Shown here in pieces: positions 32,441-43,323 of a stretch of DNA of 64,000 bases; position 1 is the first letter of the stretch; each line of letters starts with the position of its first letter. A program made the position numbers and the translations under genes. The notes under the pieces were generated by a model. The model was not told the origin of the DNA. It did not search any database and was given only the letters and a program-made list of their open reading frames with translations. The stretch covers positions 341,681 to 405,680 of the forward strand of contig CBDASZ010000002.1 in assembly GCA_965199755.1 (NCBI GenBank). Direction: 5' to 3'. This stretch comes from an uncultured candidatus Porisulfidus sp. Lineage in GTDB: Bacteria > Pseudomonadota > Gammaproteobacteria > Poriferisulfidales > Poriferisulfidaceae.

Positions 32441-33131
32441 TGATATATTCTTGCGATAGTGCTTGGGATTCGAATGCTTCCAAGCCCCAAGAGCGCCACC
32501 CATCCCTTCTGGCTCTCGCAAACAGTTCGATCTTGCTCTGTGTCGGGAACATCTTTTCGATATTTTGCACCACTTCATCGGGTTTTTCGCTATGCCCCTT
32601 TCTGGGGATGTTTAGAAGTTGCTTGATATTTCTGGCACCTCTGGGTTTTGGGATTCTGCCTCTTTTGAAGAGCAGACACATTTCACAATACGAAAGTGTG
32701 TACTGACCGGGGTTATGCACCATCTTGTTCCACACAAACGCTACCGTCTTGTATTCAAACCCCCAAGCCGTTCCCAGTTCGATGGCCTGCTGTAAGTGAG
32801 GATTGGTCGTCCACATGAATAAAAGGCTGTCATCTGCTGCTATTGATTGAACTGGCAAGGTTTTTAGTTCAGATGTTTTGACTGTTGGATATTTGAACGT
32901 CGCCGCACTGACAAAAACATCCTTCTTCCATCCCTTGTTCTTCTCAATAGTCGCCGTCTTGTCATACTGCAACTTCCCGTTGTAATGCCACGGCGGATCG
33001 GCATAAAGAATTGAAAATTTGGCGTCAGGGAGAGGCGGATAGAATTTTTCCAATGTATTTATTTTGGTTTTTCTTTTAGCCTTCGCATTGTAAATTGCAT
33101 AGCCTGACCGCGCTCCATTTGTGATTTCCAT
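32388..33131 (-). CDS. MT-A70-family N6-adenine DNA methyltransferase (M.MunI-like)
   Basis: ILYADPPW, LLFMWTT.PHL, WGFEYKTVAFVWNK, HSEKP, IELFAR..GW..WG.E; convergent with the MunI-like nuclease. Confidence 0.9.
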   Translation of the reverse strand: MEITNGARSGYAIYNAKAKRKTKINTLEKFYPPLPDAKFSILYADPPWHYNGKLQYDKTATIEKNKGWKKDVFVSAATFKYPTVKTSELKTLPVQSIAADDSLLFMWTTNPHLQQAIELGTAWGFEYKTVAFVWNKMVHNPGQYTLSYCEMCLLFKRGRIPKPRGARNIKQLLNIPRKGHSEKPDEVVQNIEKMFPTQSKIELFARARRDGWRSWGLEAFESQALSQEYINQQVISLARHGSRVISP

Positions 33132-33375
33132 AATAATTCCCGATGCCAGTAATCCCTTATGAATAATAGCTTTGTCCGTCAATTTAACGAAATGGGCTAG
33201 CCCGCCGCCCTGACTGTCCCATAAGTATACAACGCACGCACGGCAAGCAAGGCAGAAACTCGGAAACACATCAGGTTCGTATAATCACCGCATCACAGAA
33301 AAGACCATCGTGCACAGTCCGCGATAATGCGCCTGTCCTTCGTAATACCCTTCCAATGCACCACCTAAACCAGCC

Positions 33376-36300
33376 ATGACCGAACCCACTGAATCGCAAG
33401 CCTCCCAGCAGTTACGCGGGCTGCTCGCCGGGGTTCAGAAGAAACTGGTCGAGACCTCCACGCGCAATCGCCTCATCAACGTCAATCGGCAAAACCAGCG
33501 CGGGCCAGCGCTCAACATCATCCACGAGAAGTCTGACGAAATCTTCAATATCCTCAAGAACGAGGGCCGAAAGATGCGCTTCAAGCCGATGGGCGATGAC
33601 CAGCCGGCCAAAGAAGAAGACTCTCTCGACCTGTCCGAATCCGAAGATACAGTTGACACGGGACGTTACACCGATCAGTATCTGGAGACACCCTTGGGGC
33701 CGAGCGCCATGCAAAAGCGTCTGTTGCGTCTGGAGCGCGAGGCGCGCATCTCAGAGCAAGAACAGGGCGCGAACTTTCTGTTTCTCGCGCTGGGATTTCT
33801 GAAGTGGACTGAAGGTGCCGCGTCGCGCATGCAGCGCTGGGCACCGCTACTCCTGCTGCCGGTGGAACTGAAGCGCGCCCAAAAAGGCTCGACCTTCACC
33901 CTGCGTTATCGCGATGATGACTTCAGTGAAAACCTGGCGCTGCAAAAACGTCTGGAGACTGATTTTCAGATCCTGCTGCCCGCATTCCCCAGCACCCCAG
34001 ACTGGACCCCTTCGGATTATTTCGAGGAAGTCGAGACCGCCATCAGCAAGCAACCCGAATGGGAACTCGATCCCGACGGCATGCAACTGGGATTTTTCTC
34101 CTTCACCAAGCAACTCATCATGCGCGATCTGGACCTGACCCAATGGGAGGGTTCGGGTCTGGAGAATCATCCCCTGTTTGCGAATCTGCTGCAGCGCGGC
34201 TTCGCCGCTTCACAACCCGGCATCCCTGCGGACAAGCCCCTTGACGAATTACTTGATCCCGGCGAGATCATTCAGGTAACCGACGCCGACGCCTCGCAAA
34301 CCAAAGTCATTGAAGAAGTACGCAGGGGCGGCAATCTGGTCGTGCAAGGCCCGCCGGGCACCGGCAAGTCACAAACCATCACCAACATCATCGCCTCCGC
34401 GCTCTACGACGGCAAGACGGTGCTGTTCATGGCCGAGAAAATGGCCGCCCTCGCGGTTGTGCATCGCAAACTCAAAAACGCGGGTCTGGAAGATGCCTGT
34501 CTGGAATTGCATTCACACAAGGCGCGCAAGAGCCTGTGGGCGAAAGAACTCAAGCGAACCCTCAACAGTACGCGAAGCCGGCGACAAAACACACCCGACG
34601 GCACCCCTGCGGATCCCCCGCATCAACATCTGGCCGCGCAATTGAAACGGTCGCGCGATGAACTCAATCAGATTTGCTCGACACTGCACACGCCATTGTC
34701 AGCGGATCACTTCACTCCCTTTGAGGTCCTGACCGAACTCGTCACATTTCACGGCCAACCCTTGATCGGACAACTGGCTGACGCGCGCGACACGCTGGCG
34801 AATCTTTCCCGACAGCAGCACATCGCGATCATTCAAGATATTCGCACACTTTTTGAAATACTGACCCGCAGCGGCCCGGCACTTGAGCATCCGTTCTATG
34901 GCGTCTGCAACACCGCGCTGCAGCCCTACGACTATGCCTCCGTGCAGGCAGAACTCTCCGCCGCTCACACGCAGATCGAAACCCTCATGCAACACTGCCC
35001 GGACTTCCAGACGATGGAAGCATTCGCTTGCGCCGCCCAACTGGCAGACGCACCTGCCCACATCACTGAACTGCTTCCCATCATTCACCCGCACGCGAAT
35101 CAGCCCAAGCTTGAGCAGGCGATTGACGCTGGCTGCCTGTGGCAGGAAATTCAGGAGAACGCTGCGGCGAAATTTACGGACACCGCTTTAGACAGTGACG
35201 CTGGCGCGCTTGAAGGCATTCTCGCCGCGGGGGCCACCGGAGGAATGTCGGCGCTGATGACACGCCTCGGCGGCAACTACCGCGCCAGTACACGAAGCCT
35301 GCAAGGTTACTGCCGCCAGCCGCTGCCCAAAAAACCACAACAACGCCTAAGCCTGTTGCGCGAATTGCTGTCAGTGCAACGCAGAAGAAAAGAGGCTTTG
35401 GAGGCCAATGCGAATACGCCCTGGAGCGGTGCGCAAGCAAACTTCCTGCACATCAAGGAAGCCTGGGGTTGGTACGGCCAATTCTCCGAACGCGGCTTGG
35501 TGTCCGCCATACTTCAGTATCTGCAGAACACCGATGCTGCCGCGCGCGAAGCGCTCAGCACACAACAGCAACAGACCCAGAGCGCGCTGAACGAGGTCGT
35601 GCAACGTCTGGAGGTGGACGCGGACATGATGTCGAGCGAGCGCATGGAACTGACACAGTTGCTCACACGCCTTGAAGCCATGGAGCGGCAGATTGAGCGC
35701 TACAGCGAATGGGTTGAACTGCTTCGCCTACGCCAGCGCCTCGGCGGCGAACATGGTCTGCAATCGCTACTCGACGCGATCGACGAAGGCGCATTAAATG
35801 CCGACAGCGCTGTGGATGCATTTCGTTATGCGTGTGCGCAAGGCTATTGGCAGCGCGTCTGTACGCGCATCCCGGAGTTGAAGGATCCGCGCTACCGCCA
35901 GCGGCATGATCTGACCGAAACCTACCGCACGCTGGAGCAGGAATACACGCAACACGTACGCGACATGATCTATCAAACCTATCTTGAGCGAGTGCCGCAA
36001 GGCAGCGTTGGACCGATGGGTATTTTGAGCAGTGAGGCGAGCAAATCCAGATCACACAAACCGATTCGCGGCGTCATTGAAAATACCGCCGAAGTACTGC
36101 AGAAAATCAAGCCCATCTTTCTGATGAGTCCCAGTTCGATCGCCAAGTTTCTGGTGCCGGACAAGGTTGAATTTGACTTGCTGATTATTGATGAGGCCAG
36201 TCAGGTACGCCCAGAAGACGCGCTCGGCGCGGTCGCGAGAGCCAAACAGATCGTGGTCGTCGGCGACCAGAAGCAGTTGCCACCGACTTCTTTTTTCGAC

Positions 36301-38073
36301 CGCATGAGCGACCCCGAAGATGCCGGGGACGAAGAGGAGTATACCGCGGCGCATGCCGGAGAAATGGAGAGCATCCTCAGTCTGTGCGAGGCGCGTGGAT
36401 TACCCGATCGGATGCTGGAGTGGCATTACCGCTCCAAGGATCCGTCCCTGATTCAGGTCTCGAACAAGCAGTTCTACGACTCCCGACTGATTCTGCCGGC
36501 CTCCCCGCTGCAGCTCGATGACTACTACGGCCTGACCTTCACTCGCGTGCCCGGCGTCTACTCTCGCGGCAAGAAGCGCACCAACCGCATTGAGGCGGAA
36601 ACGGTGGTTGCCGCGACCGCCCGCCATGCCCGGGAGACCTCGGACTTCTCGCTCGGCATCGTCACCTTCTCCGCCGTACAAAGCACCCTGATTGCCGAAC
36701 TGCTGGAATATGCGCGCCGCACGGATGCCATTTTGGATACCTTCATCCGCGAGAGCGAGGCCGGTGAGGAAGTCTTCATCAAAAGTATTGAGAATGTTCA
36801 GGGTGACGAACGTGACGTCATTATGATCAGCGTCGGCTACGGCCCGGACACGCCTGACGGCCCGTTGGCAAGCATGAACTTCGGGCCGATCAATCAGGAA
36901 GGCGGTGAGCGCCGCCTCAATGTGCTGTTTACGCGCTCGCGCCTGCGCTGTGAAATCTTCGCCTCATTCGGCCCGGAGAATATGGACACCGCTCGCCTCA
37001 CCAAGGCCGGTCCGCGCATCCTCAAGCGATTCCTTGAGTTTGCCAGCAGCGGCCAACTGCAGGAAATGCACCCGACCGGTCAGGGCTTCGACAGCCCGTT
37101 CGAGGAAGACGTCGCGGCGGAAGTACAGTTGTGCGGCTTTCATGCGGACGCGCAAGTCGGCACCAGCGGCTTTCGCATCGACATCGGGGTGCGCCCCAAA
37201 GACAAGCCCGGACAGTACATTCTGGCGGTGGAGTGCGACGGCGCGACCTATCACAGTTCGGCGTGGGCGCGCGAGCGCGACCACTTGCGTCAGCAAGTGC
37301 TGGAAGGCATGGGCTGGAAGTTCCTCCGCATCTGGAGCACCGACTGGTTTCAGAACCGCAAGGGCGAACTGGATCGGCTGGCCGAAGCGCTGCGACAGGC
37401 TGATCGCGAGGCCCGCGAAGGAATTCGCGTAGCCGGCGCGAATGCGGATTGCCATGAAGACGTAGAAATCGAGGAGGAGCCTCCCGCCGCCAAACCGATC
37501 GAAGAAGAGCACAAACCGATCGCGCGAGGCGGATTCCAGGCACCACCCTATCAACAGACCCCGCTGCCGCTACGGGATTTTCCGATACTGGAGGATCTGT
37601 ACGACTATACCGCGGAGGATCTGCATCCCGCGATGCGCCAGATCATCGAACAGGAAGGCCCGGTGCATCCGCATGAAATCATGCGCCGGGTGCTGGACGC
37701 TTGCGGGCGCACCTCCCTGACCCAAAAAGTGCGCAACTTCCTGCAGACCGCCTTGCAGACTCTGGTGCGAAATGTCGCCGACATTGAGGTCGACGCCGAT
37801 GGCTTTTACAGCACTGGCGCACAACGCGCGCAGCCGCTGATTCGGGATCGCAGCGAAGCCTCGAACACCACGCGCGACAGTGAGATGCTGCCACCAGTTG
37901 AAATTCGCGCCGCCGCCAAACGGCTCTATGAGGAAAATGGGCGCATGAATATGGATGAGACCATCCGCGAAGTCGCGCGCGCCCTCGGCTATCGCAGCAC
38001 CTCCGCAGCACTGGCGGAGACCATCAAAGACGCCCTGCAACACCATGACGGATCCGCGCCGCGAACAACTTGA
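33376..38073 (+). CDS. DUF4011 - SF1 helicase - Vsr-like nuclease - DUF3320 protein (Hhe-type anti-phage architecture)
   Basis: KKLVETSTRNRLIN, EQGANFLFLALGFLKW (DUF4011); QGPPGTGKSQTI, DEASQ, GDQKQLPP, HYRS, QGDERD, RRLNVLFTR (SF1); SPFEEDV..FRIDIG..ECDGATYH..ARERD..GW..RIWSTDW (Vsr-like). Confidence 0.9.
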   Translation: MTEPTESQASQQLRGLLAGVQKKLVETSTRNRLINVNRQNQRGPALNIIHEKSDEIFNILKNEGRKMRFKPMGDDQPAKEEDSLDLSESEDTVDTGRYTDQYLETPLGPSAMQKRLLRLEREARISEQEQGANFLFLALGFLKWTEGAASRMQRWAPLLLLPVELKRAQKGSTFTLRYRDDDFSENLALQKRLETDFQILLPAFPSTPDWTPSDYFEEVETAISKQPEWELDPDGMQLGFFSFTKQLIMRDLDLTQWEGSGLENHPLFANLLQRGFAASQPGIPADKPLDELLDPGEIIQVTDADASQTKVIEEVRRGGNLVVQGPPGTGKSQTITNIIASALYDGKTVLFMAEKMAALAVVHRKLKNAGLEDACLELHSHKARKSLWAKELKRTLNSTRSRRQNTPDGTPADPPHQHLAAQLKRSRDELNQICSTLHTPLSADHFTPFEVLTELVTFHGQPLIGQLADARDTLANLSRQQHIAIIQDIRTLFEILTRSGPALEHPFYGVCNTALQPYDYASVQAELSAAHTQIETLMQHCPDFQTMEAFACAAQLADAPAHITELLPIIHPHANQPKLEQAIDAGCLWQEIQENAAAKFTDTALDSDAGALEGILAAGATGGMSALMTRLGGNYRASTRSLQGYCRQPLPKKPQQRLSLLRELLSVQRRRKEALEANANTPWSGAQANFLHIKEAWGWYGQFSERGLVSAILQYLQNTDAAAREALSTQQQQTQSALNEVVQRLEVDADMMSSERMELTQLLTRLEAMERQIERYSEWVELLRLRQRLGGEHGLQSLLDAIDEGALNADSAVDAFRYACAQGYWQRVCTRIPELKDPRYRQRHDLTETYRTLEQEYTQHVRDMIYQTYLERVPQGSVGPMGILSSEASKSRSHKPIRGVIENTAEVLQKIKPIFLMSPSSIAKFLVPDKVEFDLLIIDEASQVRPEDALGAVARAKQIVVVGDQKQLPPTSFFDRMSDPEDAGDEEEYTAAHAGEMESILSLCEARGLPDRMLEWHYRSKDPSLIQVSNKQFYDSRLILPASPLQLDDYYGLTFTRVPGVYSRGKKRTNRIEAETVVAATARHARETSDFSLGIVTFSAVQSTLIAELLEYARRTDAILDTFIRESEAGEEVFIKSIENVQGDERDVIMISVGYGPDTPDGPLASMNFGPINQEGGERRLNVLFTRSRLRCEIFASFGPENMDTARLTKAGPRILKRFLEFASSGQLQEMHPTGQGFDSPFEEDVAAEVQLCGFHADAQVGTSGFRIDIGVRPKDKPGQYILAVECDGATYHSSAWARERDHLRQQVLEGMGWKFLRIWSTDWFQNRKGELDRLAEALRQADREAREGIRVAGANADCHEDVEIEEEPPAAKPIEEEHKPIARGGFQAPPYQQTPLPLRDFPILEDLYDYTAEDLHPAMRQIIEQEGPVHPHEIMRRVLDACGRTSLTQKVRNFLQTALQTLVRNVADIEVDADGFYSTGAQRAQPLIRDRSEASNTTRDSEMLPPVEIRAAAKRLYEENGRMNMDETIREVARALGYRSTSAALAETIKDALQHHDGSAPRTT

Positions 38074-39022
38074 GCGCTGGCTGCGCCAGCACCACGACGC
38101 ACCGGACTTGCGCGTGGAACTGCTCGCGGGGGATGCGAGTTTCCGGCGTTATTTCCGGGCGTGGCAAGGTGGCGAATCTTATGTCGTCATGGACGCGCCG
38201 CCGGACAAGGAGCCGCTGGAGGCTTACTTGCAAGTCACGCAGCTACTGCGCACGGCGGACATTCATGTCCCAGAAGTCTTTATTGAAGACCGCGAACAAG
38301 GATTTCTGCTGCTGGAGGATTTGGGCGATGAGCAGTATTTGTCGTGTCTCAACAACGACACCGCGGATAATTTGTACGGCGACGCCATCGACACGCTCAT
38401 CCGCATTCAGACCCTGCCGCGACAGAACTTGCCGCCTTATGATGAAGCGCTGCTGATGCGGGAACTGGATTTGTTCACCGACTGGTATCTGGCACAGCAT
38501 CTCAAGCGGCAGCTAAACGCCTCCGAACATGATCTCACCACGAAGACCTGGCAGGCTTTAATCGCGCGGGCCTGCGAGCAACCGCGCGTCGTGGTGCACC
38601 GGGATTATCACTCGCGCAATCTGATGGTGGCGCAACCCAACCCCGGCGTAATCGATCATCAGGACGCGGTCTGGGGACCCGTCAGTTACGACCTGGTCTC
38701 CCTGCTTCGCGATTGCTACATTGCCTGGCCTGAGGCGGATATGCGCCGGTGGCTGCAGCAGTATTATCAGCGCGCTCTGGAGGCTGAAGTTTTGAGTTCA
38801 GCGGTAGAGCTCGCACAGTTCGAGGAGTGGTTTGACTGGATGGGCGTACAGCGTCACCTCAAGGCCATTGGCATTTTCGCCCGACTCAACTACCGCGACG
38901 GCAAATCCGCCTATCTTGAGGACGTGCCGCGCGTACTGGACTACGTGTGGAAAGTCTGTGCGCGCCATGAGGCGCTGCAGCCGTTTGGCGCGTGGGGGCG
39001 CAAGCTTGTGGAGTCCGGGTGA
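38045..39022 (+). CDS. amgK: N-acetylmuramate/N-acetylglucosamine kinase
   Basis: GDASFRRYFR, VMDAPP, LEDLGD, HRDYHSRNLM, IDHQDA, QRHLKAIGIFARL..RDGK; followed by murU. Confidence 0.92.
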   Translation: MTDPRREQLERWLRQHHDAPDLRVELLAGDASFRRYFRAWQGGESYVVMDAPPDKEPLEAYLQVTQLLRTADIHVPEVFIEDREQGFLLLEDLGDEQYLSCLNNDTADNLYGDAIDTLIRIQTLPRQNLPPYDEALLMRELDLFTDWYLAQHLKRQLNASEHDLTTKTWQALIARACEQPRVVVHRDYHSRNLMVAQPNPGVIDHQDAVWGPVSYDLVSLLRDCYIAWPEADMRRWLQQYYQRALEAEVLSSAVELAQFEEWFDWMGVQRHLKAIGIFARLNYRDGKSAYLEDVPRVLDYVWKVCARHEALQPFGAWGRKLVESG

Positions 39023-39701
39023 TGAGCCGCGCCATGATTCTGGCAGCTGGCCGCGGTAAGCGGCTGAGACCACTGACCGACCACACCCCCAAACCTCTGG
39101 TCGGGATTGCCGGCACGCCTCTTATCGTCTCGCACATTCAGGCGCTGGCCGCCGCGGACATCGACACCATTGTCATTAACGTGTCCTACCGTGGCGATCA
39201 GATTCGCGCCGCTTTAGGCGACGGGCAGGACTTCGGCGTACAACTGCACTACTCACAAGAACCCGAACCGCCACTGGAGACTGGCGGCGGCATTCTGCAG
39301 GCGCTGCCGCAACTGGGGGATGAGCCGTTTTGGGTAGTCAATGCGGATGTCTACACCGACTACGCATTCCAGCCGGCCACGCTGGGGGATGAGGATCTCG
39401 CGCATCTGGTATTGATCGACAATCCCGCGCACCATACTGATGGTGATTTTCATCTGCGTGATACCCGCGTCACAGCGGATGACGGCACGCGGTTGACGTT
39501 TTCGGGCATCGGCGTCTATCGCCCGCAATTATTCGAGGAATGCACCCCCGGAGCATTCCCGCTGGCACCTCTGTTACGTATGCGGTGGTTACACAAGGTC
39601 GTGTCAGCGGAGAGCACTTTTCAGGCTGCTGGATGGATACGGGTACCTTGGAGCGCCTCGAACAGGCCAACGCGCACGCTACACAGCATCGTGCTAACTA
39701 A
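39022..39701 (+). CDS. murU: N-acetylmuramate alpha-1-phosphate uridylyltransferase, with an apparent frameshift near 39580
   Basis: AMILAAGRGKRLRPLTDHTPKPL, LETGGGI, TFSGIGVY, FPLAPLLR. The conserved tail VSGEHFSGCWMDTGTLERL is in a different frame ending TAA at 39699-39701. Confidence 0.88.
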
Positions 39702-39728
39702 TCAAACCTGAACGAGAGAGTTCGGCCT

Positions 39729-40232
39729 TCAATCTGCAGGCGCGCCCATGCGCCGCAGAGCATGCAGTACGGCCTGCCGACGCACCGCAGTACGATCACC
39801 GGTGAAATCCTGCTGCTCGCTGTGTGTGGCGTCGCGCGAAGCAAACGCAAAGCACACCCGGCCCACCAGAGTCTGCGCGGTGCCGCCCTCCGGCCCCGCC
39901 ACCCCACTAATGGCGCACGCCATATCCGCGCAACACCGCTCCAGCGCCCCGCGCGCCATCGCTTCCACCACCTCACACGACACCGCACCATGGCGCTGAA
40001 TGAGTTCAGTGTCTACGCCAAGCAAAGCCGTCTTCGATGGATTGCTGTACGCCACCCAGCCGCACTCGAACCAGTGCGAACTGCCCGACAGTTCGGTGCA
40101 GCAGCGCGCCAGCCATCCGCCGGTGCACGATTCGGCTACCGCTACCCGCCGACCCTGCGCCACGCAATGCTCGCCCAGCGCCGTTACGGCCTGGATTAAT
40201 TCAGTGTCGCCTTCAAGTTCTTTGCCCAGCAT
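39729..40232 (-). CDS. pncC: nicotinamide-mononucleotide deamidase (CinA C-terminal family)
   Basis: VAESCTGG, GSSHWFECG.VAYSN..K, GAVS, ISGVAGPEGG. Confidence 0.9.
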   Translation of the reverse strand: MLGKELEGDTELIQAVTALGEHCVAQGRRVAVAESCTGGWLARCCTELSGSSHWFECGWVAYSNPSKTALLGVDTELIQRHGAVSCEVVEAMARGALERCCADMACAISGVAGPEGGTAQTLVGRVCFAFASRDATHSEQQDFTGDRTAVRRQAVLHALRRMGAPAD

Positions 40233-40343
40233 CGCCAGACCATTCAGTATCTCATCGCACTATACTGAAATCAGAAATGCGGCACAAACACACATAATCC
40301 ATTAAAATAGTTTTTTAACCTTTGCAGTACATACTAACGCTAT

Positions 40344-41114
40344 ATGTCTGTCGCAAAAATTCTCATTGTCGAGGACGAGCCGGCCATCCGCGAAATGGTC
40401 GGATACGCCTTGCGGCGCTCGGATTTCGATTTCCTCGAAGCCGAGGACGCACAGCAAGCCTACGACGTCATCGCCAAAAAGAAACCTGACCTGCTGTTGC
40501 TCGACTGGATGCTACCGGGACAAAGCGGTCTGGACATCGCGCAGCGTCTGCGGCGCGAAGCGCCCACCACCGAACTTCCCATCATCATGCTGACCGCGCG
40601 GGGTGAGGAAGCGGATCGCATTCGCGGACTGGAATGCGGCGCGGACGATTACATCGCCAAACCTTTTTCACCACGCGAACTGGTGGCGCGCATTCATGCC
40701 CTGTTGCGACGCACCTCACCGCACGTCGCCAATACCCAACTGGAACACGGCATCATCCGTCTGGATGCGATCCAGCACGAAGTCTGGGTCGGCAAAAAGC
40801 AGGCCCGCGTCGGGCCAACGGAATTCCGTCTGTTGCGCTTTTTGATGGCGCATCCGAACCGGGTCTACGATCGCACCCAGTTGCTGGATCAGGTCTGGAG
40901 CCAGAGCAGCTACATCGCGGTGCGTACCATTGACGTGCATATCCTGCGTCTGCGCAAGGCGCTGGGCGAGAAAGGTGCCCCTTATGTACGCACCATTCAC
41001 GGGGCTGGCTATCAGTTCACCACCACGCCGACGCACAAGAAAAAGAAGACATCGAAGAAAAACAAGGCCCGCAACAAGTCATCAAAGCGGTCCAACCCGC
41101 CTAAGTCCGAGTGA
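40344..41114 (+). CDS. phoB: phosphate regulon response regulator
   Basis: ILIVEDE, LLDWMLPG, GADDYIAKPFSPREL, GPTEFRLLRFLMAHP, RTIDVHILRLRK; Lys-rich tail. Confidence 0.95.
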   Translation: MSVAKILIVEDEPAIREMVGYALRRSDFDFLEAEDAQQAYDVIAKKKPDLLLLDWMLPGQSGLDIAQRLRREAPTTELPIIMLTARGEEADRIRGLECGADDYIAKPFSPRELVARIHALLRRTSPHVANTQLEHGIIRLDAIQHEVWVGKKQARVGPTEFRLLRFLMAHPNRVYDRTQLLDQVWSQSSYIAVRTIDVHILRLRKALGEKGAPYVRTIHGAGYQFTTTPTHKKKKTSKKNKARNKSSKRSNPPKSE

Positions 41115-42430
41115 AACGCAGCGAACTGCTGGCGGAGAGCGCTTATCTGCTGGCGCTGCTCGCAGCCGGCACCTTGGTCGGCGCATTCTTCGACGCCGCA
41201 GGCTGGGGTTTCGGCATCGCCGCGCTGATCGCCGTGCTATGGCAAGTCCGCCAAAGCCATCGAATACACACGTGGTGGCAATCAAAAGACACCAATCGTC
41301 CCCGCTCGCTGCCGCCACTGTGGCAGAGTTGGACCCGTGATCTGGCGCGCGTGCGTAAAGAACAGCAGGAAGAAGAAGCCAACCGCCTGCGGTTACAGCG
41401 TTCGTTTGATGCGCTCTCCCTGGCCATGCCGGATGCGGCGGTGGTGGTTGATTCAGAATTGCGTATTGAGTGGTACAACGCGGCCGCAAAAACCCTGCTG
41501 CATTTTCAGGACAGCGATCACCGTCAGGTCCTCACGCACGTCTTGCGCCACCCGGAACTGGTCACCTATCTGCGCACGGGGGATTTCGCGCTGCCGCTGG
41601 AACTGGGCACCTTTATGGATACCCAGAATCCGGTCAGCGTCACCGTGACGATTCTTGATCAGCACACCCGCCTGATCCGCTTTGTCGACATCACCCACGG
41701 GTTGCAACTGGATCGTTTGCGCCAAGAGTTCGTCGCCAACGTGTCGCACGAGATCAAAAGTCCGCTGACTGTGATCACCGGCTATCTGGAGACCATGAGC
41801 GAGCGCCCGGAGGAGCCGCAGGATCCGCGCATTCTGCACACCATGGCGCGGCAATGCCAGCGCATGCGCCGGCTGGTCGATGACCTGCTGGAGTTGTCGC
41901 GGCTGGAAGCCAGCGAATTGCAGGACGCGCAACTGCAACACGTGGATCTGTCGCAACTGGCCGGCGAAGTGCGTCAGGAAGCGCAAGGCCTGACTACCGA
42001 AGTGCAGCATGCCATCGAACTTGACGGCGCAGCAGGCCTCGTGGTGCGCGGGCGTTTGCAGGAGTTGCACAGCGCGCTGTTTAATCTGGTCAGCAATGCG
42101 CTACGCTACTCACCAAGTGGCTCGAAAGTCATCATTAAGTGGCGGCGCAAGAAGCACGGTATCCGGCTGGCCGTCATCGACCAGGGTATCGGCATTCCTG
42201 AAGAACACATTGCCAGGATTACCGAGCGTTTTTATCGGGTGGACAAGGCGCGCTCGCGGGATACGGGCGGCACGGGTCTGGGGCTGGCGATCGTCAAGCA
42301 CATCCTGCACCGCCATGGCGCGCGGCTGCAAATCGACAGCCAGAAAGACGAAGGCAGCACCTTCACCTGCGTGTTTCCGATCCCGCAGGAAGAAGCCGCG
42401 GGTCGGGAATTTATCCGAAACGACCGGTAA
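41111..42430 (+). CDS. phoR: phosphate regulon sensor histidine kinase
   Basis: N-terminal TM segments, PAS domain, [47 protein letters not shown]. Confidence 0.95.
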   Translation: MKRSELLAESAYLLALLAAGTLVGAFFDAAGWGFGIAALIAVLWQVRQSHRIHTWWQSKDTNRPRSLPPLWQSWTRDLARVRKEQQEEEANRLRLQRSFDALSLAMPDAAVVVDSELRIEWYNAAAKTLLHFQDSDHRQVLTHVLRHPELVTYLRTGDFALPLELGTFMDTQNPVSVTVTILDQHTRLIRFVDITHGLQLDRLRQEFVANVSHEIKSPLTVITGYLETMSERPEEPQDPRILHTMARQCQRMRRLVDDLLELSRLEASELQDAQLQHVDLSQLAGEVRQEAQGLTTEVQHAIELDGAAGLVVRGRLQELHSALFNLVSNALRYSPSGSKVIIKWRRKKHGIRLAVIDQGIGIPEEHIARITERFYRVDKARSRDTGGTGLGLAIVKHILHRHGARLQIDSQKDEGSTFTCVFPIPQEEAAGREFIRNDR

Positions 42431-43283
42431 TATATTCTTCGGTCAGCCGGTGTTGCGGCGTCGTAAAGACAGCCTTGGTGGAGCCGACCTCGACCAGATA
42501 CCCGAGATGAAAGTAGGCGGTGCGCTGTGACACGCGGGCAGCCTGCTGCATGGAGTGCGTGACAATCACAATAGAGAACTTGTCGCGCAACTCATCAATC
42601 AATTCCTCAATACGGGCAGTCGCGATCGGGTCCAGCGCCGAACAGGGTTCATCCATCAGAATCACTTCCGGGCTGACCGCAATTGCGCGCGCGATGCACA
42701 GGCGCTGCTGCTGTCCACCAGACAGGCCGGTGCCCGGCTGATCCAGCCGGTCCTTGACCTCATTCAACAGACCGGCGCGCTCCAGTGAGGTGTGCACGAT
42801 CTCATCGAGTTCGTCGCGGTGATCGACCAGACCGTGAATGCGCGGACCGTAGGCGACGTTGTCGTAGATTGATTTGGGGAACGGGTTGGGTTTCTGAAAC
42901 ACCATGCCGACGCGCGCGCGCAGCAACACCGGATCCATCTTGCGCGCGTATATGTTCCGCCCGTCCATTTCGATGCGGCCTTCAACGCGACACCCTTCAA
43001 TGGTGTCGTTCATGCGGTTGAGACAGCGCAACAGCGTGGTCTTGCCACAGCCGGACGGCCCGATCATGGCCACCACCTCATTCGCCCCGATGTCCAGAGA
43101 GACGTTGAAGATGGCCTGCTTTTCACCGTAGTAGACATTCACGTCCTGCACCCGCATGCTCGGATTCTCGCAGGTGACGTCTCCGACTGTCACGTGACCC
43201 GCAGTAATCTCCCTGCTGGCAGATTCCTGTCCTGTTCTGATCTGTTCAGCCAAGGGAATGGCGATCGTGTCCGTGGTATCCAT
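42411..43283 (-). CDS. pstB: phosphate ABC transporter ATP-binding protein
   Basis: [46 protein letters not shown]. Confidence 0.97.
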   Translation of the reverse strand: MDTTDTIAIPLAEQIRTGQESASREITAGHVTVGDVTCENPSMRVQDVNVYYGEKQAIFNVSLDIGANEVVAMIGPSGCGKTTLLRCLNRMNDTIEGCRVEGRIEMDGRNIYARKMDPVLLRARVGMVFQKPNPFPKSIYDNVAYGPRIHGLVDHRDELDEIVHTSLERAGLLNEVKDRLDQPGTGLSGGQQQRLCIARAIAVSPEVILMDEPCSALDPIATARIEELIDELRDKFSIVIVTHSMQQAARVSQRTAYFHLGYLVEVGSTKAVFTTPQHRLTEEYITGRFG

Positions 43284-43323
43284 GGGTAATTATCCGTGAT
43301 TTGGAATGATTTTGGGAAAGCAC

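Noticed and set aside
32068-32706. 212-aa ORF as an intact endonuclease
   Set aside because: It lacks the first 42 codons because of the upstream stop, and its last ~90 aa are read-through antisense to the methyltransferase.
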